DNA from: Octopus sinensis
Lineage: Eukaryota
Length of the DNA stretch: 64,000 nt
Direction of reading: 5' to 3'
Assembly: GCF_006345805.1 (NCBI RefSeq)
Contig: NC_043000.1
Coordinates: forward strand, 155,930,001-155,994,000
Below the pieces are notes generated by a model. It worked only from the letters and a program-made list of their open reading frames with translations. It did not search any database and was not told the origin of the DNA. Shown here piece after piece: positions 12,253-24,739 of the stretch (position 1 is the first letter of the stretch; the number at the start of each line of letters is the position of its first letter). Position numbers and translations under genes: made by a program.

Positions 12253-12652
12253 CTTCTTCTTTAACAGTATCTGTGCCATAGAATTTTATTTCACAGCTAG
12301 GACACGTCCACTGTAACCACAGAGACAATTTCACTCCCTCTGCATAAGAGTCATCCTCCATTTCCTGATCCCGAATAGGTGTGGCCTCTCGGGAAAACTC
12401 TCCAGATGTCTCTGTAAAACCAGTGACATCCGCATCGTTTGATATGCTGGTGCTGTATGTTTGAGCATGGGTGTGGCTATGAGAGAATACAGATGGGTTT
12501 TGTTGATTGGTGAGATCTTTCTGATTAGGTTTACTAGCAGCCATTTCTGCGGCAGTGGTCACTTTCTGGCTAGAAGCCTTTGGGATGGACAGAGTAGATA
12601 TTTTGCTACCTTCTACAATTAATTGATTTAGAACAGAAATACAAAGCTGAAC
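12253..12652 (-). CDS. VPS13B: VPS13B exon (400 nt)
   Basis: Acceptor ctttcag, donor AAG|GTAAGA; VQLCISVL...KLSLWLQWTCP; phase 0 to 1. Confidence 0.94.
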
Positions 12653-12859
12653 CTGAAAGAACAAAAAATAGATACTGCCATAATTGAAAACTACCAAAAA
12701 AATACTTCATTTTATGTGGCATCTAAAACCAAACACTTAATAATCATAATTTATGCAGCGATTTGTTGATGTAATAAAATATCAAAGGTGCAACTCATCA
12801 AGTAATCAAAGACTATTAAACTTCATGAAGATTTTGATGTTTATCATGTGTAATCATCA

Positions 12860-13347
12860 TCATCATCATCATCGTTTAACGTCCGTTTTCCATGCTAGCA
12901 TGGGTTGGACGGTTCAACTGGGGTCTGGGAAGCCAGAAGGCTGCACCAGGCCCAGTCTGATCTGGCAATGTTTCTACGGCTGGATGCCCTTCCTAACGCC
13001 AACCACTCCGTGAGTGTAGTGGTTGCTTTTTACGTGCCAGAGAGGGCTGGCAAACAGCCACGGTCGGATGATGCATTTTACGTGCCACCGGCACAGGTGC
13101 CAGATGGCGCTGGCAAACGGCCACAGTCGGATGGTGCTTTTTACGTGCCACCGGCACAGGTGCCAGACGGGGCTGGCAAACGGCCACGGTTGGATGGTAG
13201 TTTTTACGTGCCACCGGCACAGGTGCCAGATGGGGCTGGCAAACAGCCACGGTTGGATGGTGCTTTTTACATGCCACCGGCACAGGTGCCAGATGGGGCT
13301 GGCAAACGGCCACAGGCGGATGGTGCTTTTTACGTGCCACCGGCATG
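12860..13347 (-). mobile_element. RTE-E 3' UTR copy with a homogeneous 63-bp tandem array
   Basis: gcacaggtgc recurs at 13091, 13154, 13217 and 13280. Confidence 0.88.
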
Positions 13348-13570
13348 ACATGTGTTAAAGATTACGATAATGCAGCAATGGAACAGAATTCTTCAGTTTG
13401 TTTCTTCCATTACAAATAGGGTTATTCTGTGGTATTGTCTTGTATTGAATGTTACAGTAATGTTATAATTCAACAGAAAGGAAACTGAACATTATAATGA
13501 TATTATGTATCAATGTTAGAAAATGCTAATATTATAATTATTCAGCACCTTATACACTTACATTCTGTTC

Positions 13571-14168
13571 TTGATTCGACGGTCATTCGGAATGCTCACA
13601 GCAGCCATATTCCTACCGCTCTATGTCACGCTGGTGAGACCCATATTGGAGTATGGGTTTCAAGCCTCTTCTCCTTATAGCCTCAAAGACATACAGCATC
13701 TCGAAAGAGTCCAGAAGCTGGCTACCCGCATGGTTCTTGGTCTCAAGAATTTATCTTATGAAGAAAGGCTGAAGATGCTCGACCTTTATTCTCTAGAAAA
13801 ACAACGACGCCGTGGTGATCTCATTCTTGCTCACAACATCATAAGCGGAAAGTGTAACCTCTCGAAAGAGCTGTTCTTCACTCCTGCTCCAGAGCGTCGG
13901 CTGCGGGGTCATTCCGAAAAGCTCTATCTGCGACGATTTCATCTCAATCGAAGGAGAAGGGCTTTCTCCGTCCGGGTTGCGGAACCGTGGAATAAGCTGC
14001 CGGACAAGATGGTGAAGATGCCGACGACCGCTCGGTTCAAAGTCTCCCTTGACCACAAGTGGCCTGAACTCTTTACATGAACACCACCCTGTACATAACT
14101 CCATGTCCCCCTACATGGCCTGGCTTTTTGCTTTTTGAGCCAAAAAATTAATTAACTAACAAACTAAC
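13571..14168 (+). mobile_element. CR1-clade LINE 3' end, family 1
   Basis: LYVTLVRPILEY...LERVQKLATRM...RGDLI...RGHSEKL...FSVRVAEPWNKLP, then a 3' UTR ending (CTAA)n. Confidence 0.95.
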
Positions 14169-14342
14169 TTCTTCAATACAGTTTTGCAAATGAGATAGAG
14201 CTTTTGTTCATGAGAAATTTCAGAAATAAGTGTGGTTATTTTGTGGATAAAGGTACAATGATGAATGTTAACGACCTGGGGGATGTTACTGTGCTGCATT
14301 TATAGAACAGCAACTCTTATAGAGTCAAGGAAAATGGCTTAC

Positions 14343-14560
14343 CTGTTTGAGAGAACAAGCAAACTTCATGATGTGCATGTCAAGATGTAGACACAAGGCT
14401 AGAGAAGAAATGTTGTCAGATGCTGGCGGATGGTATTTTGTTGACACAGCCACGGTACATGACACACTGCCAGGTTTCACTAAAGAGAAAGCTTTCTTCA
14501 TTGGGTGTAAACTGTACATGGAATAGTTGCTAACTGTGATAGTCCATGGTAACTTGTCAC
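14343..14560 (-). CDS. VPS13B: VPS13B exon (218 nt)
   Basis: Acceptor aattgcag, donor CAG|GTAAGC; GDKLPWTI...LALCLHLDM; phase 1 to 0. Confidence 0.94.
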
Positions 14561-14829
14561 CTGCAATTAACAGAAATCACGGTAAAGAAATTACATTTCA
14601 TTACAAATATTCAACAAGTGAAACTGAATGGTTTTAATCTTTACTATTGCTATTGATGTGTTTTTTTTTCTTCTTTGAATTAGATTATTGTAACATATCA
14701 GTATTTGAAATGATGAATCCAAGAAGAAACATTGAAATTTTAATGACGACAACAGAATTAAGAAAGACAGTGTAAATGGTTAAGAAGATAGAGAATATAG
14801 GAGGGTATTGAAAAAACATGTAGTTGGGA

Positions 14830-15148
14830 TACCTGTGCCGGTGGCATGTAAAAAGCACCATCCAAACATGGCTGATGCCAGCGCCGCCTTGACTGGCTCC
14901 TGTGCCGGTGGCACATAAAAAGCACCAACCAATCATGGCCGCTGCCAGCCTCCGGTGGCACGTAAAAAGCACCCTCTACACTCATATAGTGGTTGGCGTT
15001 AGGAAGGGCATCCAGCTGTAGAAACACTGCCAGATCAGACAGGAGCCTGGTGCAACCTCCTGGCTTCCCAGACCCCGGTCAAACCGTCCAACCCATGCTA
15101 GCATGGTTAACGGACGTTAAACGATGATGATGATGATGATGATGATGC
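14830..15148 (+). mobile_element. RTE-E 3' UTR copy
   Basis: Same terminus. Confidence 0.85.
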
Positions 15149-15999
15149 TAATCCATTGTATTAATTATTAACTGAAACAATTCAGTTAATCCTAAAGTAA
15201 CAGACAGAATTTACTGACAAAGAACAAAGCCAATTATTAATGTAGACATTTCCAATTTTATCATATTTAAACTAAATTATGTTGTAATTTATTATATTAT
15301 ACAGTGTCAAAAAACTTTGTTGCACTTTGGCATCCTAGTCACTGACACAACTCCTTGACACATCAAGTCACTTGATAAGCTAACGCTCCTCCTCAGCTGA
15401 GTGGAACTATGGTAGGGAAGGAAGCAGCTTTATGCTAGGTGTTGAAAGGTTAAAATATGACAGGACAGGAACAGTAGAGCAAATACCTTACACTATATAA
15501 GAGCAGGTTGGAGTAATTGAGTTTAAACTGGAAAAAGAGATGATGATGATGATGATGATAAAGTGTTAGAGTGTACCTAAAGGTACAAGAAGATACATAA
15601 AAGAGAATAAGAGAGAGAGAAAGAAAGGGTGGAGGTGATCAGAGAAACATAATAGTCAATAAAATGTCATTTATGGGAAAAGGAGAGATAACTGATCACA
15701 CTTTCCCCAAATCCCGGGTTTTTATAACTGCTCAACTTGACTAAAAAGAATCGAAATTCAGGACAAATATTCTTTACGAACTTTTAGAATCTTTATATGA
15801 GCAGTTATATTAACCAATGGGAAAAAACGAAAATGATAATTCTTCGGCAAAGACATTACGTCATATTGCCAATTCGCGCCACATTTCAAAATGGCTAAAA
15901 TGGTTATTGCTACAACACAAAGAGGGTAATCAATGAAAAATGTGAGTAGGGAGGGACAGTTTTACAAATAGATGACAAAGAAAGTATTTCAATACATAC

Positions 16000-16222
16000 C
16001 AAGAAGTGAACCTTCAAGACTACGGACAGGAATATCTTGCATCATAAATATTGAACGTGGTCCAGAAGTATGTACAGTGATGTGTGGAAGACATACAACC
16101 AATATATCACAAGATAATCCAGCATTAAAAGCATCTTTAAGATTGCCTGGTATATCCATGTTTGGTTCAGACTGAAGCATGCTTTTGGTTGGGAAGAATA
16201 CAGACCATGGCTGTAGGGTGAT
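16000..16222 (-). CDS. VPS13B: VPS13B exon (223 nt)
   Basis: Acceptor cttaacag, donor GTATGT; DIPGNL...LVVCLPHI...MQDIP; phase 0 to 1. Confidence 0.92.
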
Positions 16223-16345
16223 CTGTTAAGATTTTAAATAATAATTACTTTTTAATAATTGTTTTAAATTATATAAAAATAATTATAACAGAAAACTTTT
16301 TCAACGATTCCATCAAAATTATTTAAACATCTGATAAAAGATGCC

Positions 16346-16570
16346 TACTCTTTTACTCTTTTACTTGTTTCAGTCATTTGACTGTGGCCATGCTGGAGCA
16401 CCGCCTTTAATCGAGCAACTCAACCCTGGGACTTATTCATTGTAAGCCCAGTACTTATTCTATCGGTCTCTTTTGCCAAACCGCTAAGTGACGGGGACGT
16501 AAACACACCAGCATCGGTTGTCAAGCAATGTTGGGGGGACAAACACAGACACACAAATACACACATGTGT
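16346..16570 (-). mobile_element. SINE-A, 3' half
   Basis: Same family. Confidence 0.9.
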
Positions 16571-16913
16571 ATACAATTAAATATGCCTTTATTGTTGTTG
16601 TGTATTTTCAGATTTTAACAACAGAATACACTTAAATAACAATACTAAGAATATTAGAGAAGTACAATATGCCCCTGTTAACACCCTTTCCTTCCCCCCA
16701 CTTCCAGCCCCCATTCTCGTTTCGAAATCTTGGTGTGTCTTTAATGGAATCACCTCAGTTGTAAGCATTCAGATCAGATCCCTAGTTTGAATGCTTACAA
16801 TTGAATGCTTCGACCCTTTGCCTCCTAGGGACCCTGCAAAAAAGTAGTGGCTACTGTCCTTCTTCACCCAAACATTAAAAACACGAATATCAATGAAAGT
16901 TTTGTCCTCCTAC

Positions 16914-17116
16914 CTGAAGCTGCATGATGCGCAATAATGGGAAATGTTTGGCCAGTCTGTTGCCAAGGTTGTCACTCTGAGAAAAATCCTCACGTTTTCC
17001 TGATTCTGGGATGCTTTCTTTAGGTTGTTGAGATGCAGACTGTGTTTGGGTAGCTGACTGACTTGGACCAGTTACTGTTGTAGGATGACATGTGGAGCTA
17101 CTAGATGCCACTGAGG
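16914..17116 (-). CDS. VPS13B: VPS13B exon (203 nt)
   Basis: Acceptor tattttag, donor CAG|GTAGGA; low-complexity Ser/Thr/Gln linker ending FPLLRIMQLQ; phase 1 to 0. Confidence 0.85.
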
Positions 17117-18087
17117 CTAAAATAGTAAATGATACAGATATTGCAATATTTAATATCAACATAAGTGATGGGGTATCTCTCATTTTAATATTATACCTCC
17201 AAGAACATTTTTATATTCATACCATTAGTAAGTTTTTGATTTCTCAATGCAGTCAACAATTAGAAGCAAACAAGTGAATTTCCAATAAAATTTCTTCACC
17301 AAAGACCCCATAATCAAATACATTTTCCAAGATCTTATTGTTAATTTGATTTTTAAGAGCTCATCATCAAATGTATTTTCCAAGAGAACTTAGTCAAATG
17401 CATTATTTTTAATCCATAGTCATAAACATTTTCCAAGACTACGCAGTCAAATACATAGTCCAAGACTCCATACTCAAATAACTCTCTGAAGATCCCATAG
17501 ACAAATACACATTTCAATCTTGTTTCTATTCTAATAACACTTCTGCACCTATACCTTGCACATATTTCCATCTCAGTACTAAATTTAAATACAACATATT
17601 TGTTGTATAATATTGATGAAATCTTTACTTGTTTTCTGTATCTCAAATCTCTGGTACTGTTTCCATAGAAAATTCAGAAAAAAAGTTTTTGTTTCACATA
17701 ATTTTTGAAATCCTAATAAAAATGATTATACTGAATAAAGCAGGATTATTTATATAGTATAAAGTAATCTGAACAAATGCACAGAAATCTAACCAATAAT
17801 TTGAAACTTCTCAGGAATTTCTATCTTGAGACTGAATTACAAACGGCAACAATGGTTGAATCTAAAATTTCATTCTTCCAAAAATGTTACATTGTTTTAA
17901 AAATATTCTGTTTACTGTAGAACAGAAACGAATTTAAAACAAAAAAAAGTGAATAAATCATCCTGTAACCCTTAGTAGGGCAGTATTGTAAGTGCACACT
18001 AAAATATCCTAGGCGGCATTCCCAAAAGAAAGCCATCAGACTGATTGGCAAGAACTCACTCATGCCTCTGGCCCACATCTGCACAGA

Positions 18088-18312
18088 CTCTTTTGTTACC
18101 ATATTTCTATTGAGATGCTCAGCATTTCTTTCAATTAATTTGAAATATAACAAAGAATTTAGTGAAATAACTTAGTTATCATTAAGTTAGTGTTAGGTTC
18201 ATTAATTGAGGCTATGGTTTGGTGGAAGATATTAATTCAGAACTTTTGAAAACAAGGCATTTGTACTACAGAGCCAGAGATGGTTTCAGGCAGGTTGGTA
18301 TCAAAAGGTTGA
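18088..18312. mobile_element. piggyBac-type MITE with degenerate ends
   Basis: Body matches 38692-38912. Confidence 0.8.
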
Positions 18313-18663
18313 TCTGTCTCCTACTACAGAACTAGCTATCTGCACATAACTTTCAGTGAATTACCACCCATGAACTCCTCTCATCACACAGTATTTCTCC
18401 TCTCTGGCCCATCATTAATAATCATTTCCAATCCTTCTGCCACAAAACATCAACCTTCTCAAATTCTTTTCTTGCTCGTATTTTTCCTAGTCACTCACTC
18501 ACAGCTGTTCAAGATGAACATCCCCAACATCAATAAACCAGTCATGAAGGACCTGAACTGGCCTTTAAAGAAATGACAGCTTCATTTTTACATAGGGTAC
18601 CATCAGCAAACCTGTATGCCAGAGCCTGACCCTCTTCAAGCTATTGACAACAGACGGATGTTA

Positions 18664-18875
18664 TACTCTCTTTACTCTTTTACTTGTTTCAGTCATTTGA
18701 CTGCGGCCATGCTGGAGCACCGCCTTTAGTCAAGCAAATCGACCCCGGGACTTATTCTTTGTAAGCCCAGTACTTATTCTATCGGTCTCTTTTGCCGAAC
18801 CGCTAAGTGACGGGGACGTAAACACACCAGCATTGGTTGTCAAGCAATGCTAGGAGGACAAACACAGACACACAA

Positions 18876-18914
<39 letters not shown>

Positions 18915-19080
18915 CATATATACGACAGGCTTCTTTCAGTTTCTGTCTACCAAATTCACTCACAAGGCATTGGTTGGCCCGGGGCTATAGCAGAAGACAC
19001 TTGCCCAAGATGCCACGCAGTGGGACTGAACCTGGAACCATGTGGTTGGTTAGCAAGCTACTTACCACACAGCCACTCCT
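18664..19080 (-). mobile_element. SINE-A
   Basis: Same family. Confidence 0.92.
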
Positions 19081-19203
19081 GAAGAGTGAATAAAATGAGA
19101 TGGTACAATTGAGAACTGAACCTGTGCTGTCAACTCGGTTGATTGGAAGGAGACCACCCATTTAATGTTTGCACAATATTCAACAGACACAACTTCTGTT
19201 TAC

Positions 19204-19407
19204 CTTGGGAGAGGTTTCTTTGTAAAGGTGATGTAGTCTGTACAAGTTCAGGATCAATAGTTACACTGGTTGTCTTTTGATGCTGCCTCTGTTGGTGAGT
19301 TACTTTCAAATTAACTTTACTCTTTGGAGTATAAGAAAGCCACTGATATATGGAAGAATCTAACATGATGGCCAAACCACAGACATTCATCTGAAGTAAT
19401 GCAGGAG
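19204..19407 (-). CDS. VPS13B: VPS13B exon (204 nt)
   Basis: Acceptor cttttcag, donor AAG|GTAAAC; ALLQMNVCGLAIMLDSSIYQWLSY; phase 1 to 1. Confidence 0.92.
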
Positions 19408-19481
19408 CTGAAAAGAAGAAAAAAAAACATTTTTCAAAGATTAAGTTCCATCTACCACAAAACATCAGTTTTTAAACTTAA

Positions 19482-20552
19482 CCCTTTCGTTACTATATTT
19501 CTGACCAAAATACTTATGTGTTTCAATTAATTTCTAACATAATCATAAATTTAGTCTGGGTTCATTAAACAACTATAACTTTTTTATTTATCAATATATT
19601 AACGTGAATTTTGGAAGATAATTTAATGAAATGTTCTCAACCAATTCTATACTATAATTTTTGCCACAAAGTGACTCTAATTGCAGGTAGATACAGGTAA
19701 ATTCAACAAAATATAAAATTATTAAAATTTTGTTCAAACATCGCTATAGAAAATGGGTTATTAGCTAATATTCAATTGGGTATACAACAAAATTTTACGA
19801 TAGAATTTGTTATTCTGGGTAACTTTCTGATACCCATAATAATATTTATGGCAAAATAGTCTTAATTTCATTTAAGGTTATGGGAAACCACTAACTATCC
19901 TTTCTTTCGCTTTGTTTACATTTAGCATAACGGTTCGTTTCCGCCATAATGATTTCAAATAGGCTCATTCGATAAAGTAAAAAGAAATAGTCTAAGGCTT
20001 TACTCTTCTGGGAAAGTCTGTGGCTTGGTCCAGTTTCTTCAGAAAAATCACCGAAAGAAACAGTTATTAATTTTTCACTCCATTCAGGTGCCAATTCATT
20101 TTCTTTATCGCTGTCGGAGCTCTCGGATTCACTGTTTTCACTTTCGGAAAATGAAACATCAGATTCATTATCAAATACCACATGCTTTTTTTTTTCAGTC
20201 ATAGAGTTAGATTTATGAAGGTCTTCAGTAGAAAATCCTTCGAATTCTGACTCGCTGCTTGATATAATGAAATTCGTATCCATTTTTTGTCAGAATTACA
20301 AATTTTGAAAACACAATAGGAACAAATTTCGGAAAAAAATCTCCCAAAATTCACGGAATTAAAATTACACTTCGATTTTTGTACAAAACTGTAGTTGAAC
20401 TCTTTACGAAGTATAATACATATTTTCACAAATGTACTAAAGAGATTTGCTCTGATATTCTCATTTAAATATGAATAGGTAAATTCGGGTGGCTTTGGGC
20501 AGTTTGGTCACATTAACCAAAATTTTTTTCGGGCGGTTTGGTAACGAAAGGG
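19482..20552 (-). mobile_element. Internally deleted piggyBac element with transposase N-terminal remnant
   Basis: TTAA at 19478-19481 and 20553-20556; TIR CCCTTTCGTTAC; ORF 19891-20283 with an acidic N-terminus and ETGP...LDYFFLL...ETNRYA. Confidence 0.92.
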
Positions 20553-20715
20553 TTAAGGAAGTATTCTTAAAGTTACATAAATGCATGCATATTTGTTTAC
20601 ATGTTTGAAGGGTCCAGCAGGCAGTTTTTTTTTCTTTAAGTTGAGATATCTGACCCATGTATAGTTACATACTCACAGTCATAATATGTCATAATATTTA
20701 AACCAGCAAAGAAAA

Positions 20716-21092
20716 CACTCTTTACTCTTTTACTTGTTTCAGTCAGTCAAGCAAATCGACCCCAGGACTTATTCTTTGTGAGCCTAGTACTTATTCTATT
20801 GGTCTCTTTTGCCGAACCACTAAGTTACGAGGACGTAAAAACACCAGCATCAGTTGTCAAGCAATGTTGGGGTAACAAACACAGACACACAAACATATAC
20901 ACACACATATATATATGTACATATATACGACGGGCTTCTTTCAGTTTCCATCTACCAAATCCATTTACAAGGCTTTAGTCGGCCCGAAGCTATAGTAGAA
21001 GACACTTGCTGAAGGTGCCACGCAGTGGGACTGAACCCAGAACCATGTGGTTGGTAAGCAAGCTACTTACCACACAGCCACTCCTGTGCCTA
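20716..21092 (-). mobile_element. SINE-A with a small internal deletion
   Basis: Same family. Confidence 0.9.
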
Positions 21093-21334
21093 CAAAGTTA
21101 TTCAACATGTTTGAAATAGCAACTAAATCTCCCACAAATCACACCTTTTTATTTTAATACAAAAAAGCACTTTGTAAATGTAATCCTGCATGCACTATGT
21201 GAGTATAATATATGGGACTGTCACATCTGGAATGTCTTCATCATACGTTTGCTTGATCAGAGCAGACATGGTACTAAACAGCAACCAGGAAGACTCAAGG
21301 CTATTGTTACACACACAAACAAATCATATGGTAC

Positions 21335-21514
21335 CTTCTGGTGTATCAATCTTTGATGGTAGTTGAACAGTGAAACTGAGCCAGTCGACAGAGTCTAATG
21401 ATGCCAAAGTCGGAGGAGCATTGCCGGAATAGAACAACGATGATGTCACAGTTGTTGTTTGCGATGGTCCGGAAATTAAAGGGATGATGTATCCTTTGCC
21501 ACCACCGCCTCCAC
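21335..21514 (-). CDS. VPS13B: VPS13B exon (180 nt)
   Basis: Acceptor tttatacag, donor AAG|GTACCA; IPLISGP...DWLSFTVQLP; phase 1 to 1. Confidence 0.92.
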
Positions 21515-22028
21515 CTGTATAAACAAAACAAAAACCATACATTTTAATGTTTCCACAAAACAACAACTACAGGACAGGCAAAATAAACCTGAAACTTAGT
21601 TCTAAGTACTGGAGCATTAAAGAAATCTCTTATGATAATTAATGATAAAACACCTAATCTTGGAAGGGATACAAGTTTAATAACAGATAACATTTATAAA
21701 AAATAAAACAAAATCTGTTACCTAGCTTATTATTTAGGTGAGCTAAACTATATTAAATTCAGTTTCCTGTATATGGTCACAAACAAAATATTTACAAAAG
21801 GCCCTGATGTATTCTCTTTGAATTTTATTTTGATGTTGATGTACTTGACTCAATAGGTCTCCTCAAGAACAGCGGGTCACTCTAATACATAAAGTTATAA
21901 TCTGTTTCTTTTTATTTATATACTTTAGCATTAATTCAAGGCTTGAACTGCTGACCATTGGTATTTCATTAATGCACTCTAATTGCTCACTGATTGCACC
22001 ACTCAAAAGCTTAATTACAATTACTTAC

Positions 22029-22175
22029 TGTTAACATACATGACAGCTTGAATACTAGTTAGTGTTCCCGTGAAAGCATTTGCAGACGGCGTGAGGCAAC
22101 ATCTCATTTCAAACGTACCCAACGTCAGTTCAAATAATGGCAGGAATTTGTAGGAACTGCTACTGCTATCATGCT
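22029..22175 (-). CDS. VPS13B: VPS13B exon (147 nt; not in the ORF track)
   Basis: Acceptor aattgcag, donor GTAAGT; KFLPLFELTLGTFEMRCC...FTGTLTSIQ; phase 1 to 1. Confidence 0.9.
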
Positions 22176-23118
22176 CTGCAATTAAATACATTTCAAATTT
22201 CAGTATGTTGATGAATTACCATTGAATATTACAAAATATAAGCTGAGTCACATAGAAAGTTGCATTGGAGTAAAATCATGAAGAAAACTACTTTCAGAAT
22301 AATGAACTCTCAAAAATAAAATTCATCCACACAAAATAAAAACCAGCTAAGTGCTCCCCTGGGCACAAAAAAACATGTTCTCTTCAATGAAGGGCTATGT
22401 TTGAAATGTTAGTAATTATTTCTCTGCATAGCATACAGACTTATCCAAATCCATAAACTTGACCTACAAACAACTTTCTCTCAAAACAAAAAGGACAATT
22501 TTATTGCCTTCTAGTCAAGAACATAAGAAAGCTTTGGGTTTTGCCTTGCTTTCAGCTTGACAATGATATTAACAGAAAAGATACCAGGATACACCAACCT
22601 ACATGATATTGTTTAATATACACTCTACATCCCTATTATATTACATAAGATCTATTTTTATAAGCCAACAAATAAGCTTCCACAAATATTTCATAACTTG
22701 AATTCAAAACAATGTGTAAACATGGACCATCGTAAGTGCTAGATTCATGTATTATTTTCCTCAAGGATACAAAATAACTTGGTGATTCAACTGCGTCATA
22801 ACTTAGAGAGATTCCCAATATCTTAACAGTAAGCCAAATTCCATTCAGGTTCTGTACAAAATCTTACAACATCAGCTGAATGTTGCACAGAAGAGAGTAT
22901 TATAAAAAGTGTAAGCTAAAAGCAATAAACTACATTCAAACAAAAGCATGACTCTAAAATTCTAATAAAAAAAAGTCTACTGTATGGAAAAACTGACAGA
23001 TGGCAACTGAAATGACAGGAGCTCAAGAAAATACTACACACTCTAAATGATACAATAAGGAGTCACTTAAATAATCTCTACTTTGAAAATATAATTATGA
23101 ATCATATAATGCATCTTA

Positions 23119-23633
23119 GTGGAGGCGCGTGGCTTAGTGGTTAGGGTGTCAGCAACATGATCGTAAGATTGGGGTTTCAATTCCTGGACCGGGCGACGCG
23201 TTGTGTTCTTGAGCAAAACACTTCATTTCACGTTGCTCCAGTCCACTCAGCTGAAAAAATGAGTAACGCTGCGATGGACTGGTGTCCCGTCCAGCTGGGG
23301 AATGCATACGCCATGGAAACCGGGAAACCGGGCCCATGAGCCTGGCTAGGCTTTAAAAGGGTGCATTTATTTGTGGAGGCACGTGGTTTAGTGGTTAGGG
23401 TGTCAGCATCATGATCGTAAGATTGTGGTTTTGATTCCTGGACTGGGTGACGCGTTGTGTTCTTGAGCAAAACACTTCGTTTCATGTCGCTCCAGTTCAC
23501 TCAGCTGGCAAAAATGAGTAACGCTGCGATGGACTGGCATCCCGTCCAGCTGGGGAACACATACGCCATAGAAACTGGGAAACTGGGCCCATGAGCCTGG
23601 TTATGCTTTAAAAGGGCACATTTATTTATTATT
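23119..23633 (+). mobile_element. SINE-D: CORE-domain tRNA SINE, head-to-tail dimer
   Basis: ttgtgttcttgagcaaaacacttc...ccagtccactcagctg...aaatgagta is CORE-like; the second monomer starts at 23373; a 14-bp TSD tataatgcatctta flanks the pair. Confidence 0.88.
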
Positions 23634-23853
23634 TATAATGCATCTTAACAGAGAATTATATACATCTCAAGGTGACATCATTTTTGAAAAAGCAAAATCA
23701 CCGTATTCTACAAGCAAAGTGGCATAAGACATAGAAAGAGCTGTGCCAAAAAATTCTAAATACATGCCCCAAAGGAGACTTAATGAGTGGCTAAGGGTGA
23801 CTTGGTTGCACATATTTAAAGTTGGAAAGAGCTGACCGCTACTAACATTGGAT

Positions 23854-24178
23854 CATCATCATCATCATCGTTTAACGTCAGTTTTCCGCGCTAGCACGGG
23901 TTGGACGGTTCGACCGGGGTCTGGGAAGCCAGGGGCTGCACCAGGCTCCAGTCTGATCTGGCAGAGTTTCTACAGCTGGATGCCCTTCCTAACGCCAACC
24001 ACTCTGCGAGTGTAGTGGGTGCTTTTTACATGCCACCTGCACAGGTGCCAGGGGAGTCCGGCATCAGCCACGATCGGTTGGTGCTTTTTATGTGCCACCG
24101 GCACTGAAGCCAGTCGAGGCAGCGCTGGCAACGGCCACGTTCGGATGGTGTTTTTTACGTGCCACCGGCACAGGTATC
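23854..24178 (-). mobile_element. RTE-E 3' UTR copy
   Basis: Same terminus. Confidence 0.85.
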
Positions 24179-24333
24179 ACAACTACTATTTCCATTGATA
24201 TTTATTACAATGTTCATGTACCTGACTCAACAGGTCTCCTCAAGCACAGTGGGATGTTCTTGGATATTTCCACTAAAAACAAAGTTCTAAAAAAAAAACA
24301 GGTGTTAAAACATAAATGATAAAAGCAAATAAC

Positions 24334-24515
24334 CTTTGTATTGCGCCATATCTTGGAACAAAGTGTCAGAAGCTTCTGAAGAGGCTGCATTTGGTTTCTT
24401 CTCAAGCCACGTCTTCCAGATGTGGAAAACGAAATGTACATGTGCCTTCTTAATGCTGAGACTAAATTGAGGAACTTCAACCATATATTCAACAGATGGT
24501 AAATAAGGGTTCTTC
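24334..24515 (-). CDS. VPS13B: VPS13B exon (182 nt)
   Basis: Acceptor attttcag, donor AAG|GTTATT; EYMVEVPQFSLSIKKAH; phase 2 to 1. Confidence 0.88.
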
Positions 24516-24683
24516 CTGAAAATGGATAAAATGGACAAGTAAAGAAATCTGGAAGCACACATCATATTCCTAGTAATCCAACCTCTTAAAAGGTTACACA
24601 AATTACAAAAACTGAATTTGTGATTTCTAGATAAAAAAAAAAAAATTGAAGTCTTGAAATTAGTTATCGTTCCAATTTCAAAA

Positions 24684-24687
<4 letters not shown>

Positions 24688-24736
<49 letters not shown>
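24688..24736. repeat. (CT)n microsatellite
   Basis: Direct reading; another at 53930-53986. Confidence 0.95.

Positions 24737-24739
<3 letters not shown>

Noticed and set aside
13020-13346. CRISPR-like array, or coding repeats (ORFs open in several frames)
   Set aside because: There are no unique spacers and no cas genes. It is a 63-bp tandem unit of an RTE 3' UTR, and the open frames follow from the unit length being a multiple of 3.
22636-22818. ORF as a missing VPS13B exon
   Set aside because: No VPS13B-like motif or phase-compatible splice sites; the real exon is 22029-22175. The same holds for ORFs 39664-39867 and 10392-10577.
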